A DNA stretch of 64,000 nt from Brevinematales bacterium (GCA_020059465.1 JAGVBZ010000021.1:34788-98787); one strand, 5' to 3'; shown: positions 39,258-50,374, numbered from the stretch's first letter. Notes: a model not told the origin generated them from the letters alone. Program-made: numbers and translations.

Positions 39258-41030
39258 ATGAAAAAGTTCGCTTTTGCCGGGATACTTCTATCCCTCATCA
39301 TGGCCACGGTTTCGACATCCTTTGCCGGAGTTCTCGACGCTTCTTCCAAAGAAGTGATGATCCAAGGTTTCCATTGGGAATCCCATCAGGCAAACACTTG
39401 GTGGACAACTGTGCAATCCAAGGCGGGTGATCTTGCCGCCTCCGGTATCAATATAGTCTGGTTCCCTCCGTCTTCAGCGGCGGCAAGCGATGAAGGTTAT
39501 CTCCCCAACCGTCTGTATATTCAGACATCAAAATACGGTACCGAAGCTCAACTGAAGTCCGCAATCGGCGCTCTCCACCAGGTGGGGATTAAGGCTGTCG
39601 CGGATATCGTCATCAACCATCGTGTAGGCACGCTCGGTTGGGCCGATTTCACCGATCCCGTCTGGGGAGCCGACTCGGTATGTTCCGGCGACGAATGGCC
39701 CGGTGCGACCGGCAGCCCTGATACCGGCGAAGCTTACGGCCCCGCCCGCGATATCGACCATACCAAGACCTATGTCCAGAACAGCATCAAGGACTGGATG
39801 AACTGGCTGAAATCATATATCGGTTATGACGGATGGCGTTATGACTATGTCCGCGGTTACAGCGGTTATTACAACCAGATGTACAACAACGCGACTTCCC
39901 CTTATATTTCGATCGGCGAAAACTGGCCGAACTTCGATGTTAATAATCCCAATGCCAGCCGTCAGGCTTTGTGCGACTGGATTAACGCCACCGGGGGAAC
40001 CTCCGGCGCGTTCGACTTCACCACCAAAGGCCTTCTCGGACAGGCGTGCGCGAACAGCGAATTCTGGCGCCTGAAAGATTCTGCAGGTAAACCTGCCGGT
40101 CTGATCGGATGGTGGCCTGTCAAGGCGGTTACCTTTATCGATAATCATGACACCGGCCCCAGCACCCCCGGCGGACTGAACTACTGGCCATTCCCTTCGG
40201 ATAAAGTAATGTGGGGTTACGCTTACATTTTGACACACCCCGGTGTTCCCTGTATTTATTGGGTGCATTTTTATGATTGGGGTCTTCAGAACGCCATCAA
40301 GACTTTGATATCGATCCGCAAAAACAACGGTCTCAGTTCGACGAGCGCCGTAAGCATTATGGCCGCAGACTCCTCGAAATACGCCGCGATCATAGACGGT
40401 AAAGTAGCGGTCAAGATAGGCAACGGCAGTTGGGATCCCGGCGCCGGATGGACTATCGCAGCAAGCGGTTCCGGTTACGCTGTATGGACAAAGAGCACAA
40501 CTCCTCCTCCTTCCGGAACGATCCGCACCGTAGTATTCATGTTTAAAGAAACCACTCCCGGTCAGGATATCTTCATAAAGGGCGGGCATGACGCCGGTCT
40601 CGTACCGTCGGTCTACCCTTCGATGGCCGAGCCGATCACCTATAACAACACCAAGAACGCGACAACCGCGCCTATCAAAGCGAACGATGTGTCTCTCGAC
40701 TGGGGTACCGAATCCGCTCTCGATTGGACCTGTAACGTCTGGCCGTCCTCATGGGGCACAAAGAAGACCTACGCGGTCGACGGGTACGGCGAAGACCCTG
40801 AAAACAATATGGGCCTTCACTGGTGGAAATTCGATGTTAAAATGCAGGGCGCCAAAGGCGACTGGTATGAGTTCAAGGCCTTCATGCGCGAACGCACGAG
40901 CGAATGGTGGGAAAGCAACCGCGCTCAGGCCGGGACACCGTATGCGACCATAAACCACTGGGGTAAGAAAGGCTACATCACCAAGTGTAAGTACAACGAC
41001 AACTGGGTGGAATTTGTAGCATTGCCCTAA
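39258..41030 (+). CDS. Secreted GH13 alpha-amylase (plant-like catalytic domain) with extra C-terminal domain
   Basis: Signal peptide; QGFHWES, ADIVINHR, DGWRYDYVRG, GENW, FIDNHDT, YAYILTHPG; TTPPPS linker; start at ATG 39258 after GGAGG. Confidence 0.93.
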   Translation: MKKFAFAGILLSLIMATVSTSFAGVLDASSKEVMIQGFHWESHQANTWWTTVQSKAGDLAASGINIVWFPPSSAAASDEGYLPNRLYIQTSKYGTEAQLKSAIGALHQVGIKAVADIVINHRVGTLGWADFTDPVWGADSVCSGDEWPGATGSPDTGEAYGPARDIDHTKTYVQNSIKDWMNWLKSYIGYDGWRYDYVRGYSGYYNQMYNNATSPYISIGENWPNFDVNNPNASRQALCDWINATGGTSGAFDFTTKGLLGQACANSEFWRLKDSAGKPAGLIGWWPVKAVTFIDNHDTGPSTPGGLNYWPFPSDKVMWGYAYILTHPGVPCIYWVHFYDWGLQNAIKTLISIRKNNGLSSTSAVSIMAADSSKYAAIIDGKVAVKIGNGSWDPGAGWTIAASGSGYAVWTKSTTPPPSGTIRTVVFMFKETTPGQDIFIKGGHDAGLVPSVYPSMAEPITYNNTKNATTAPIKANDVSLDWGTESALDWTCNVWPSSWGTKKTYAVDGYGEDPENNMGLHWWKFDVKMQGAKGDWYEFKAFMRERTSEWWESNRAQAGTPYATINHWGKKGYITKCKYNDNWVEFVALP

Positions 41031-41057
41031 CTTTCAAATAGTCCTTCTCAATACCCG

Positions 41058-41090
41058 AAAGGGCAGGGATCCTCACCCTGCCCTTTTTTG
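41058..41090 (+). terminator. Intrinsic terminator after amylase
   Basis: AAAGGGCAGGG-loop-CCCTGCCCTTTTTT. Confidence 0.85.
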
Positions 41091-41132
41091 TTTTATTTAG
41101 CATGATGGGATAAAATATACCGGGAGCAAAAT

Positions 41133-42002
41133 ATGATCAGAATATCCGCGCTGATAATCGTTCTTTTCCTTTCGGTCTCATGTTCGGGAGAGACGGGAAA
41201 GAGTTCCCCGTTCATCGAAACCCCCGGCACAAACGGTACGATACTCGCGTACGACGGCAATACCCTGCTCATCCGTTATCACGACACCAACTATCTTACA
41301 AACATCGGGCTGAAAGACCCCATGCTCTACTCGAGCAATATTCTCATCGGAGTGTATAACGGAAAGCTGTGGCGAATCGAACTGGCAGTTTCCGGGCCGG
41401 TATGGTCACAGTTCGGCGACGGGACAAGCCTGTTCACGGACTCGGGATTAGTGTACACCATCGACGGTAGCCGGCTGCGGTACTACAAAGGTTTTATCCC
41501 GCAGAACAGCTTCGAGCTGCCCGGCGGATTATCGGATGTCCAAATGTGGGGCGGGAAATTCCTGATCGGGAAGAAGGACGGCAGGCTGACAGTCTTCGAA
41601 TCCGCCGGCGAGACGGGCATGCTTTTCCGGCAGACCGCCGAAATTCCCGAAGCCGTGATGTGGATAGTTCACCCGTCGTCGCCGTATGTATTCTACTCCG
41701 ACCGCAACGACCGCCTGTTTGTATACAACCTTTTCAGCAAAACTTCCGAGTTTATCGACGCCCCGCCGTTCGAGATCACCCGGATGGAGATCCTTCGCGA
41801 CGAGAGCAGTCTCATGGTCTACAGCGCGGGACGTGTTTTTATCTACGCGGAATGCGCCAACCGGAATATCACCGGCCTTTCCATATCGCCGCTCGATATT
41901 TCCGCCGACGGCAGCGGGAAATTCTATTATTTCCTCTATCCGGGAAAAATTGAGATTTGGACGAAAGTGGGCGGGATGAAAGAGGGCGAGATAAAGTTTT
42001 AA
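41133..42002 (+). CDS. Hypothetical lipoprotein (beta-propeller-like)
   Basis: Lipobox LSVSC; beta-rich repeats ending 'DISADGSGKFYY'. Confidence 0.7.
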   Translation: MIRISALIIVLFLSVSCSGETGKSSPFIETPGTNGTILAYDGNTLLIRYHDTNYLTNIGLKDPMLYSSNILIGVYNGKLWRIELAVSGPVWSQFGDGTSLFTDSGLVYTIDGSRLRYYKGFIPQNSFELPGGLSDVQMWGGKFLIGKKDGRLTVFESAGETGMLFRQTAEIPEAVMWIVHPSSPYVFYSDRNDRLFVYNLFSKTSEFIDAPPFEITRMEILRDESSLMVYSAGRVFIYAECANRNITGLSISPLDISADGSGKFYYFLYPGKIEIWTKVGGMKEGEIKF

Positions 42003-42007
42003 TAAAA

Positions 42008-42052
42008 AAAGGACGGCACTTCGACTTCGCTCAGCGACCGGTGCCGTCCTTT
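42008..42052. terminator. Bidirectional terminator with REP-like sequence in the loop
   Basis: AAAGGACGGCAC / GTGCCGTCCTTT stem enclosing TTCGACTTCGCTCAGCGACCG; lies between convergent genes. Confidence 0.75.
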
Positions 42053-42071
42053 GGTAAATTTTTAGATTCTA

Positions 42072-43424
<1,353 letters not shown>

Positions 43425-43565
43425 TTATAGGATATTTACTAATACCGAAAATGTCAAAATAACCCTTTAAGACTTTTCCGTGTAGATTCTCCAAAATTTG
43501 CCAGGAATCTCTAGAAAACTTGCGTTATTTATCCCTGAAATATATGCTTTTAGGGGGAGGACTAT

Positions 43566-45212
43566 ATGCAGAGGTTTTTCGATTTCTTTCTATCGGGTTA
43601 CAGCGGGGACAAACTCGAAGTCCGAAAGAAAGTACGCATTCTCCTGATCACTAATCTCGTATTAGCGGTATTTGCCGTGATTCTGGGGACAACTATGTTC
43701 CTGACCGGGGCCACGGTAGTCGGAATACTCTTGGGCGTCTTTTTCGCGTTCTGCGACGTTACGATGATACTCATTCGTATGAAAAAATATAAAATTGCCG
43801 TGAACCTGTTTATATTCGTGTTATTTGCCATTATGTTCCTCGCGATCAAGTTCGACCAGTACATCGGTTCCTACGAGACCTATGTTTTCGCTACACTCGG
43901 CCTGTTCCTGCTCACCACCACCATTCTGGTCGGATACACCCGTCTTCAGCCGATAATCGTGACTATCCTTAATGTAGCGGCGATTCTTTTAATATATTTT
44001 CTTGATACATACGTCCAGCAGAAATTTTCGATCCTCACCATCGATATCCAGTCCATTGCGACATCGCTTGTGATGGTCATAGTCGGGGGAATTTTCGGTT
44101 CGATCACCCTATCGCTTCAGAAAGAACTTGTCCGCGAAGCCGAAGACCGCGCAAAAATAAACAGGCTCCGTTTCGAAAAAGTAGACCTGGTTCTAAAGAA
44201 TGCGCAGGAAAAAACATTAGAAAACAGCAGAACTCTCTCCGAAGCATCCGAGGCTTCGATAAAAATGATACGCGAGTTTTCCTCTCATCTCGAGGAGATT
44301 ACCAACGGGATCGAGCAATTATACGCATCTGTGAATTCCTCGTCCGAGGCAAACTCGAATGTGGTCAAATCATCCGGCATTGTCAAAGATACGGTTGCAA
44401 AATATTCCGAACTGGTCGGACATGTCAGTTCCTCCATCGAGGAAATTGTCACCGCGATCAGGAGCCTCGCAGAAAATGCCAAGTCCAAACGCTCATCGAT
44501 CAATACTTTGGTCGAAAGCGCGCACGAGGGCGAACAAAAAATCGGTGTAGGCGTGGAATCGATCAAGGGCATTTCCCAATCGACATCCGGGATGCTAAGC
44601 ATCGCGGATATGATTACCGATGTCGCAAGCCGTACGAATATGCTCGCGCTTAATGCATCTATCGAGGCGGCGCATGCGGGAGAGAGCGGTAAGGGTTTTG
44701 CTGTAGTCGCGGGTGAGATCCGGAAACTCGCCGAGGAAACCACAAGGAACTCAAAAAGCATTACGGAAAATCTAAAGAAAAATATTGAAGAAATTAAAAC
44801 GACGGTCGAGATCGCCTCGGGCACCGGGGACTCGTTCCAAAAAATCAATTCCGAGATCAAGGGCGTCATCACCCTGATCGAGGAAGTAATCGTCGGTGTC
44901 GAACAGATGTCGGTCAACGCGGGAGATATACTGACCGCGGTCTCGGAAATTATGCAGTCCTCGGTCGGAGTAGATCAGGCGATGCAGGAATCGCAGAATA
45001 TGATCGCGCTGAGTAACGAGGGTATCGGCAAAGTCAATGAGCTGTCCGATGATATTGTATCGCTCATTTCCCATATCGGAGAATCGTTCGAGGCAATGAA
45101 GACGGAGGCGGAAAACGCCAACCGTTTCGTTACGGAAAATATGGAAATGCTGAACGGTTTATATTCGGAGATACGCGATATCGGAGAAGCGGAGAATCTG
45201 AACGGTATATAA
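43566..45212 (+). CDS. Methyl-accepting chemotaxis protein with multi-TM N-terminus
   Basis: ~6 TM; [35 protein letters not shown] signalling hairpin. Confidence 0.93.
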   Translation: MQRFFDFFLSGYSGDKLEVRKKVRILLITNLVLAVFAVILGTTMFLTGATVVGILLGVFFAFCDVTMILIRMKKYKIAVNLFIFVLFAIMFLAIKFDQYIGSYETYVFATLGLFLLTTTILVGYTRLQPIIVTILNVAAILLIYFLDTYVQQKFSILTIDIQSIATSLVMVIVGGIFGSITLSLQKELVREAEDRAKINRLRFEKVDLVLKNAQEKTLENSRTLSEASEASIKMIREFSSHLEEITNGIEQLYASVNSSSEANSNVVKSSGIVKDTVAKYSELVGHVSSSIEEIVTAIRSLAENAKSKRSSINTLVESAHEGEQKIGVGVESIKGISQSTSGMLSIADMITDVASRTNMLALNASIEAAHAGESGKGFAVVAGEIRKLAEETTRNSKSITENLKKNIEEIKTTVEIASGTGDSFQKINSEIKGVITLIEEVIVGVEQMSVNAGDILTAVSEIMQSSVGVDQAMQESQNMIALSNEGIGKVNELSDDIVSLISHIGESFEAMKTEAENANRFVTENMEMLNGLYSEIRDIGEAENLNGI

Positions 45213-45274
45213 AAAATACCGCCCCGCGCCAATTTGTCAAATCAGTACTTACTCGACAAATCAGCGCGGGACGG
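45211..45274 (-). terminator. Long (20-bp stem) intrinsic terminator
   Basis: Arms 45219-45238 and 45255-45274; all three DNA mismatches are G-U on the minus strand; followed by TATTTTTT. Confidence 0.7.
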
Positions 45275-45302
45275 CCCCACTTAAAATCGCTTTACCTATA
45301 CG

Positions 45303-45500
45303 TTAGATGAACATATCCACGGCTTTTCCGTTGTTCTCATCTTTCATCGCTCCAATCTGGAGCTCTGCGGAGACTTTTACAAACTTCGTACTCATTCCCT
45401 GAATAGCATCGATGATCTTCTGTGACAGTTCGTCCATGTTCTGTACAGATTTCGCGATCATTTGCGCCGGATTGACCGGGCTTCCTACGCTCCCTACCAT
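45303..45500 (-). CDS. Small hypothetical protein (65 aa), YjfB/putative-motility-protein-like C-terminus
   Basis: AAGGAGG RBS before ATG 45500; ends NGKAVDMFI; own terminator. Confidence 0.65.
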   Translation of the reverse strand: MVGSVGSPVNPAQMIAKSVQNMDELSQKIIDAIQGMSTKFVKVSAELQIGAMKDENNGKAVDMFI

Positions 45501-45571
45501 GTATTTACCCTCCTTGGTATTTCGGTCTCTCGATTTTCGGTTTCGCGCCCGTAAAAACTTGAGTCCTTTTT

Positions 45572-48500
45572 TCATTTTACCTTGATAACTTCCGACTGGT
45601 CAGCGCCGTACGTCTCCTTGTCCTTCGGGCCGAAGGTTACATAGTACCTGAACGATAACGTCTTGGGATTCCCAATAACCTTCAGCGGAATCGCGAACTC
45701 GACATCCTGTTTGATGTAAATTTGCGCGTCCTTGGTATCGGGGATATCTATCCATTGATCGCCCTTTTTCAATCGCAGGAGTAATACCTGGCTGTAATCG
45801 ATACCGCCTAACGAGTCCCATCCCCCGCCGACCCAGTACTCCTTCCCGCCGTCGGTCGATATCCACAGACAGTGATTCTTGCTGAGATTTCCGAGCGGAT
45901 TGTTGTAGAATTTCACCCCGATATAAAGAGTATCCGCTGTCACCGCCGCGATAACAGTCGAGATATCAAATATATTCTCTGAGGTCACGGGATCGCCCTG
46001 CGGGTCGTCGTATATCACAGCGCCGGGAAGTTTCGCAATATCGCCGGAAAACCCGTCCAGAGCAATCTTTCCCTTCATATCGGGAATTTTCGCGGATAAC
46101 GGGTCTGTGCCGTGCGTCCATTCCCAGAAATCGGAGACCATATCACCGTCCGTATCCCAATTTGCCGGATCGGTGCCAATCGTCTTCTCGAACCCGTCGG
46201 AAAGGTTATCCCCGTCCGCGTCCGGCTCGAGCTGATAAAGTATCCGTTCGGTCGAGTCGGAACCCTGCACCTCTTTTCCCTCGGGGCCGGAGTTAATTAG
46301 GAACTTAATGTCCGCCCATACCGGATTCCCAATATACTTCATCGGCAGGACGGCTTCGAGGGCATTCCCGGTGATAATATAATCGTTGCCGACCGAGCAG
46401 ATCAGGTTCGTCCATTTCCCCGGCGCGCTGTTTACCGAGATCACGGTACGAAGCAGATTATGCGTTCCCCATTCTGTCTTATACCCCCCGCCGTACCAGT
46501 ATATCGAGGGAGTCATACCGGGAATGGTAATCCAGAATTCATAGTTGACCGCTTTATTCCCGTCCGGATTTCCATAAAATCCCGCGCCGAAATAGAGGTT
46601 TTTATGATCGTAAAAAACATTAAAATTTGAAATATCATAAATATTCTGCTTCACAGTCGAATCGGAAGAGGGATCGATCAAGTACATCTTCCCGGGGACA
46701 TTATTCCAATCCGCGAGAAAACCGTCAACAGCGAGAGGCACACCGGGAAGCTCGGAGGGCGGGGTCTTCTTGAGCGGGTTGAGCGCGTGAGTGATCTCCC
46801 AGTAATCGGAATAACCGTCGCCGTCGGTATCCCATTTCTTCGGGTCGGTGCCGTAATCCTTTTCCAACGAATCGGGGATGCCGTCCTTATCCGAGTCGGT
46901 TATTTTCGCCGGGGCGGTCGCGCTATTAAAAATAAATCCCTTCACTAAGGAAAGGTTCGTAAAAAATATTCTTTCCATGAGTGTTTCCGGCATCCCTATG
47001 GTCATAAAATTTGCATATGGGTAGGAATTCACCGGCTCGCCGGGGTAGAAATAGGAATGATAATAATTCCCCGACCCTATCGGTACCTGTTTCGTCTTAT
47101 CCGCGCTCTTCCACGGATGCCAGTAAGGCTTATTGAAATAAAACACCATCGGTGTATCGGGTTTTTCCTTTCCCCCGGAGTAGAAACGCGGGATTTGATA
47201 AACATACCAACGCTTGAGATTGGGGTCGTAATGGGCGGGATAATTATGAGACAATAACGCCGTACCGTACGGATCGGTGTGCTGGAACGATGCCGGAGCT
47301 ATCCCCGCCGCGCGGTAAAATGCCATCTGCGCGACAGTCGTATCCCCGCAGTCCCCGATAAAGCATCCTTCCTTGATCAGGTGGTTGTATTGATAATTGA
47401 TCCAACGAAAATCGTCCCATCGGTACTTATTACCGAAGTACTCCACGTAATACTTTCCTTCCTTATATAACTTATGGGCGTTCTCCCATAACTCTTTCCA
47501 TGCCGAATTATCTGCGTTAAAAGCATCCATGTTTTCTATACTGCTGAGGTACATCCGGTGGGCGTGCACCCAGTCCTCCAAGTTCCTCGCGGTCACTTCC
47601 AAATCGAATAACGCGAGGCCCTTATCGACAACAATCGAATGTATCTTCTCGAGTATATCGATACGGTCGACAAATTCCCGGTAAACTTCAAGATTCATTT
47701 TATCTAACTTCATCCGGTACATCGCGTCGAGAATATATGCGTGAGAATAACGCGCGCGGTCGGCCCAGAATATCTTCGGAATAAGGGCGGCTTTTTCAAG
47801 CGCGTACGGACATTTCCAGCTATTCTGCCAATCGACGATTTTCCGGTAGAATTGGTACTGTTTGACAGCATCCTCCGCGATCGCCTTTTTTACTTCGTTA
47901 TCCGCCATGGAGTAGATCATACTGTTCGCGAGCGCTATAGCCGCAGTGATACTATCCCCCGCTCTGTAACAATCCATAGAAAGAAGGTGGAGATACAATG
48001 CCAGCGCAGAGTTTTCCATCCGGTACATGACTGATGCGGGTTCGCAGTTTTCGACATTTTTGAACTCGGTATCGGAACTCTGCGCCCATATTAGAATATT
48101 CTGCTTATATTTCGACTCGTCCAATCCGAATTGGGATAACGATAGGGAAAACTCGAACACGTCCGCCCCGGCGAACTCAGCCTTTACCGGAAGGGAATTC
48201 TCCTTAGTGATTAAATTATTCAGCCACATCCATGGAGTGCCCTGCTTATTCCATCCCATCCCTACCTGAAAGTCGCAGTACCCGTCGCCGGTACAGTCGA
48301 TCAGCACAAAAAACCATCCCGGATTGGCGGGTTTCTTCGCGGTACGGATAATCCCGTAGAGCATATCCCCATCTACAGCGAAACTCGCGCCGATAATATT
48401 TAGCGCGGGATTTTTCGACGGATTATTCGCGGGGTTATCGATCACCGAAAATCCGCCGCCGCCCCATTCCGTATCCTTCCCGTCGATCTTTATCCCGTTA

Positions 48501-48787
48501 ATCACAGGCGCGGCGCATTTTCGGAAGTATTCATCCTGTAGTACAAGTTCCCATCCGAGGAGTACGTCGGGATTTTTATCGCCGGTATATTTTTTCATGT
48601 TGATAAACGCCTTCTGGAAATCCGTACCTGTTACATTATCAGCCGAAAGGATTTCAGACTGTGCGGCTATCGATGGATATGCAGTCTCAAGCCCCTTCAT
48701 CGCCGGGAAATCAGCCCCCTGAACAATCGATAAACCTCCGTTCGATACGATGAAAAGTAAAGATAGAAATAGTCTCGTGTGTTTCAT
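45572..48787 (-). CDS. Large exported multidomain protein: DOMON/CBM9-like repeats, transglutaminase-like core, bacterial TSP3 Ca-binding repeats
   Basis: Signal-like N-terminus (start 48787, GGAGG); three 'DG..D/EW..D...DI/NI' units; GDCGD...AAGI...HNY; DSDKDG/DTDGDG repeats. Confidence 0.7.
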   Translation of the reverse strand: MKHTRLFLSLLFIVSNGGLSIVQGADFPAMKGLETAYPSIAAQSEILSADNVTGTDFQKAFINMKKYTGDKNPDVLLGWELVLQDEYFRKCAAPVINGIKIDGKDTEWGGGGFSVIDNPANNPSKNPALNIIGASFAVDGDMLYGIIRTAKKPANPGWFFVLIDCTGDGYCDFQVGMGWNKQGTPWMWLNNLITKENSLPVKAEFAGADVFEFSLSLSQFGLDESKYKQNILIWAQSSDTEFKNVENCEPASVMYRMENSALALYLHLLSMDCYRAGDSITAAIALANSMIYSMADNEVKKAIAEDAVKQYQFYRKIVDWQNSWKCPYALEKAALIPKIFWADRARYSHAYILDAMYRMKLDKMNLEVYREFVDRIDILEKIHSIVVDKGLALFDLEVTARNLEDWVHAHRMYLSSIENMDAFNADNSAWKELWENAHKLYKEGKYYVEYFGNKYRWDDFRWINYQYNHLIKEGCFIGDCGDTTVAQMAFYRAAGIAPASFQHTDPYGTALLSHNYPAHYDPNLKRWYVYQIPRFYSGGKEKPDTPMVFYFNKPYWHPWKSADKTKQVPIGSGNYYHSYFYPGEPVNSYPYANFMTIGMPETLMERIFFTNLSLVKGFIFNSATAPAKITDSDKDGIPDSLEKDYGTDPKKWDTDGDGYSDYWEITHALNPLKKTPPSELPGVPLAVDGFLADWNNVPGKMYLIDPSSDSTVKQNIYDISNFNVFYDHKNLYFGAGFYGNPDGNKAVNYEFWITIPGMTPSIYWYGGGYKTEWGTHNLLRTVISVNSAPGKWTNLICSVGNDYIITGNALEAVLPMKYIGNPVWADIKFLINSGPEGKEVQGSDSTERILYQLEPDADGDNLSDGFEKTIGTDPANWDTDGDMVSDFWEWTHGTDPLSAKIPDMKGKIALDGFSGDIAKLPGAVIYDDPQGDPVTSENIFDISTVIAAVTADTLYIGVKFYNNPLGNLSKNHCLWISTDGGKEYWVGGGWDSLGGIDYSQVLLLRLKKGDQWIDIPDTKDAQIYIKQDVEFAIPLKVIGNPKTLSFRYYVTFGPKDKETYGADQSEVIKVK

Positions 48788-48845
48788 ACCGCGCCTCCCG
48801 ATTGAATATAATATGCACCAGAATACACTATTTCTCAAGAATTGT

Positions 48846-48874
48846 TTGACGTTTTTTATAGACTCCCCTATAAT
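48846..48874 (+). promoter_or_regulatory. Sigma70 promoter of bioB
   Basis: TTGACG-N17-TATAAT. Confidence 0.7.
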
Positions 48875-48876
48875 TA

Positions 48877-48908
48877 TTGTAAACTATATATTTAGAAAGG
48901 TATACATT
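48877..48908 (+). promoter_or_regulatory. BirA (bioO) operator
   Basis: TTGTAAAC-N15-GTATACA matches the BirA palindrome and overlaps the TSS region and RBS of bioB. Confidence 0.75.
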
Positions 48909-49898
48909 ATGAATCACATGAACGGGTTGATAGAGAGGGCGTACGGGGTTCTCGACGGGAAAGAGCTTGATAAGGGGCTTGCGATGGAATTATCTGCCAT
49001 ACATGGGAAAGATATTCCCGATCTGACCGCGCTCGCCCATAAGGTACGAATAAAATTTTCTCCCGGCACGCATATCTGTACCATTATGAACGCAAAGTCC
49101 GGGCAATGCGCCGAAGACTGCCGTTACTGCGCCCAATCGCTCCATTCTAATGCGGATATCGAAACCTATCCGATGATGTCCGCAGAAAACATCCTCACTG
49201 CCGCCGGCCGGGCCTATTCCAACGGCGCGGACTGTTTCGGCATCGTCACATCGGGACACGGTTATACGGAAGAGAATGACGAATTTCACGAGATTCTCGC
49301 GGCGGCGGATAGTATTCATCAGCGCTACCCCTCGCTGGACGTCGGCACATCATTAGGCGTCCTATCTGACGGCACCGCCCGGCTTCTGGCCGAGCACGGG
49401 ATACGTCACTACAACCACAATATTCAGGTCAACCCTTCGAAATACGGCGTTCTGGTGGCGACCACACATACTATAGAAGAACGCATGGAAACTTTACGCT
49501 TGCTGAAACGGAACGGGATCAGGGTATGCTCCGGGGGAATACTTGGATTGGGCGAGAGTATGACGGACCGGGTGGAACTTGCTTACGCGCTCCGGGACGC
49601 CGGCGCGGATATTATCCCCCTAAACGTCCTTGTCCCGATACAGGGTACCGCACTAGAGAAATCCGCCCCCCCGACAGTGATGGAGACCGCGAAAACATTC
49701 GCGATTTTCCGGCTGGTCAATCCACATGCGGTCATCAAGTTCGCCGCCGGGCGCGAGACGGTGATGAAGGACTTTCAGGGCATGCTCATGCTCGCGGGCG
49801 TCAACGGTTTCCTCACCGGGGGATACCTCACCACACGCGGACGAAGCGTCGGGGAGGATATCAGATTCTTAAACGAGATCAGGGTGTTTTACAGTTAA
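48909..49898 (+). CDS. bioB: Biotin synthase (radical SAM), divergent auxiliary-cluster ligands
   Basis: CAEDCRYCAQS, YNHN, VCSGGILGLGE, IPLNVL, AAGRE, GGYLTTRG; BirA site upstream; start 48909. Confidence 0.9.
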   Translation: MNHMNGLIERAYGVLDGKELDKGLAMELSAIHGKDIPDLTALAHKVRIKFSPGTHICTIMNAKSGQCAEDCRYCAQSLHSNADIETYPMMSAENILTAAGRAYSNGADCFGIVTSGHGYTEENDEFHEILAAADSIHQRYPSLDVGTSLGVLSDGTARLLAEHGIRHYNHNIQVNPSKYGVLVATTHTIEERMETLRLLKRNGIRVCSGGILGLGESMTDRVELAYALRDAGADIIPLNVLVPIQGTALEKSAPPTVMETAKTFAIFRLVNPHAVIKFAAGRETVMKDFQGMLMLAGVNGFLTGGYLTTRGRSVGEDIRFLNEIRVFYS

Positions 49899-49994
49899 GT
49901 TCGATAATTTCAACCCTATCCAAATATACAACTGATAATTATTTGACCAGTTTTTAAGAATCGTTTAGAATATTAAAAATCCGGAGGAAATAAT

Positions 49995-50201
49995 ATGTTT
50001 CATAAATATACAATGGAATACTGGGTTGATGAGAATTGGTTTGTCGGACGCCTGAAGGAAATTCCCGGTGTATTCAGCCAAGGGAAAACAGTTGAAGAAT
50101 TAGAAGAAAACCTGAAAGACGCGTATAAAATCATGTCGGAAGCGAACAACATTGAATTGAAGAGCGAAGTTTTTCATAAAGAAATCGGGGTCGATTCTTG
50201 A
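49995..50201 (+). CDS. hicB: HicB family antitoxin (short, no DNA-binding domain)
   Basis: WFVGRLKEIPGVFSQGKTVEELEENLKDAY. Confidence 0.9.
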   Translation: MFHKYTMEYWVDENWFVGRLKEIPGVFSQGKTVEELEENLKDAYKIMSEANNIELKSEVFHKEIGVDS

Positions 50202-50374
50202 AACGAACCTTTTTTATAAAAGAATTGACCGCGAAGGGCTGCCGAATAAAACGTCACGGTAGCCGTCATGATATCTATGAAAATATAAAAACCGGTAAAA
50301 TCGCTCCGATTCCACGTCATTCTGAAATAAAAGAAACACTTTGTATGCTCATTCGTAGGCAGTTAGGACTATAA
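50198..50374 (+). CDS. hicA: HicA family mRNA interferase toxin (58 aa; absent from the ORF track)
   Basis: TTG start overlapping hicB stop: MKRTFFIKELTAKGCRIKRHGSRHDIYENIKTGKIAPIPRHSEIKETLCMLIRRQLGL; GSRH and PRH motifs. Confidence 0.88.
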   Translation: MKRTFFIKELTAKGCRIKRHGSRHDIYENIKTGKIAPIPRHSEIKETLCMLIRRQLGL

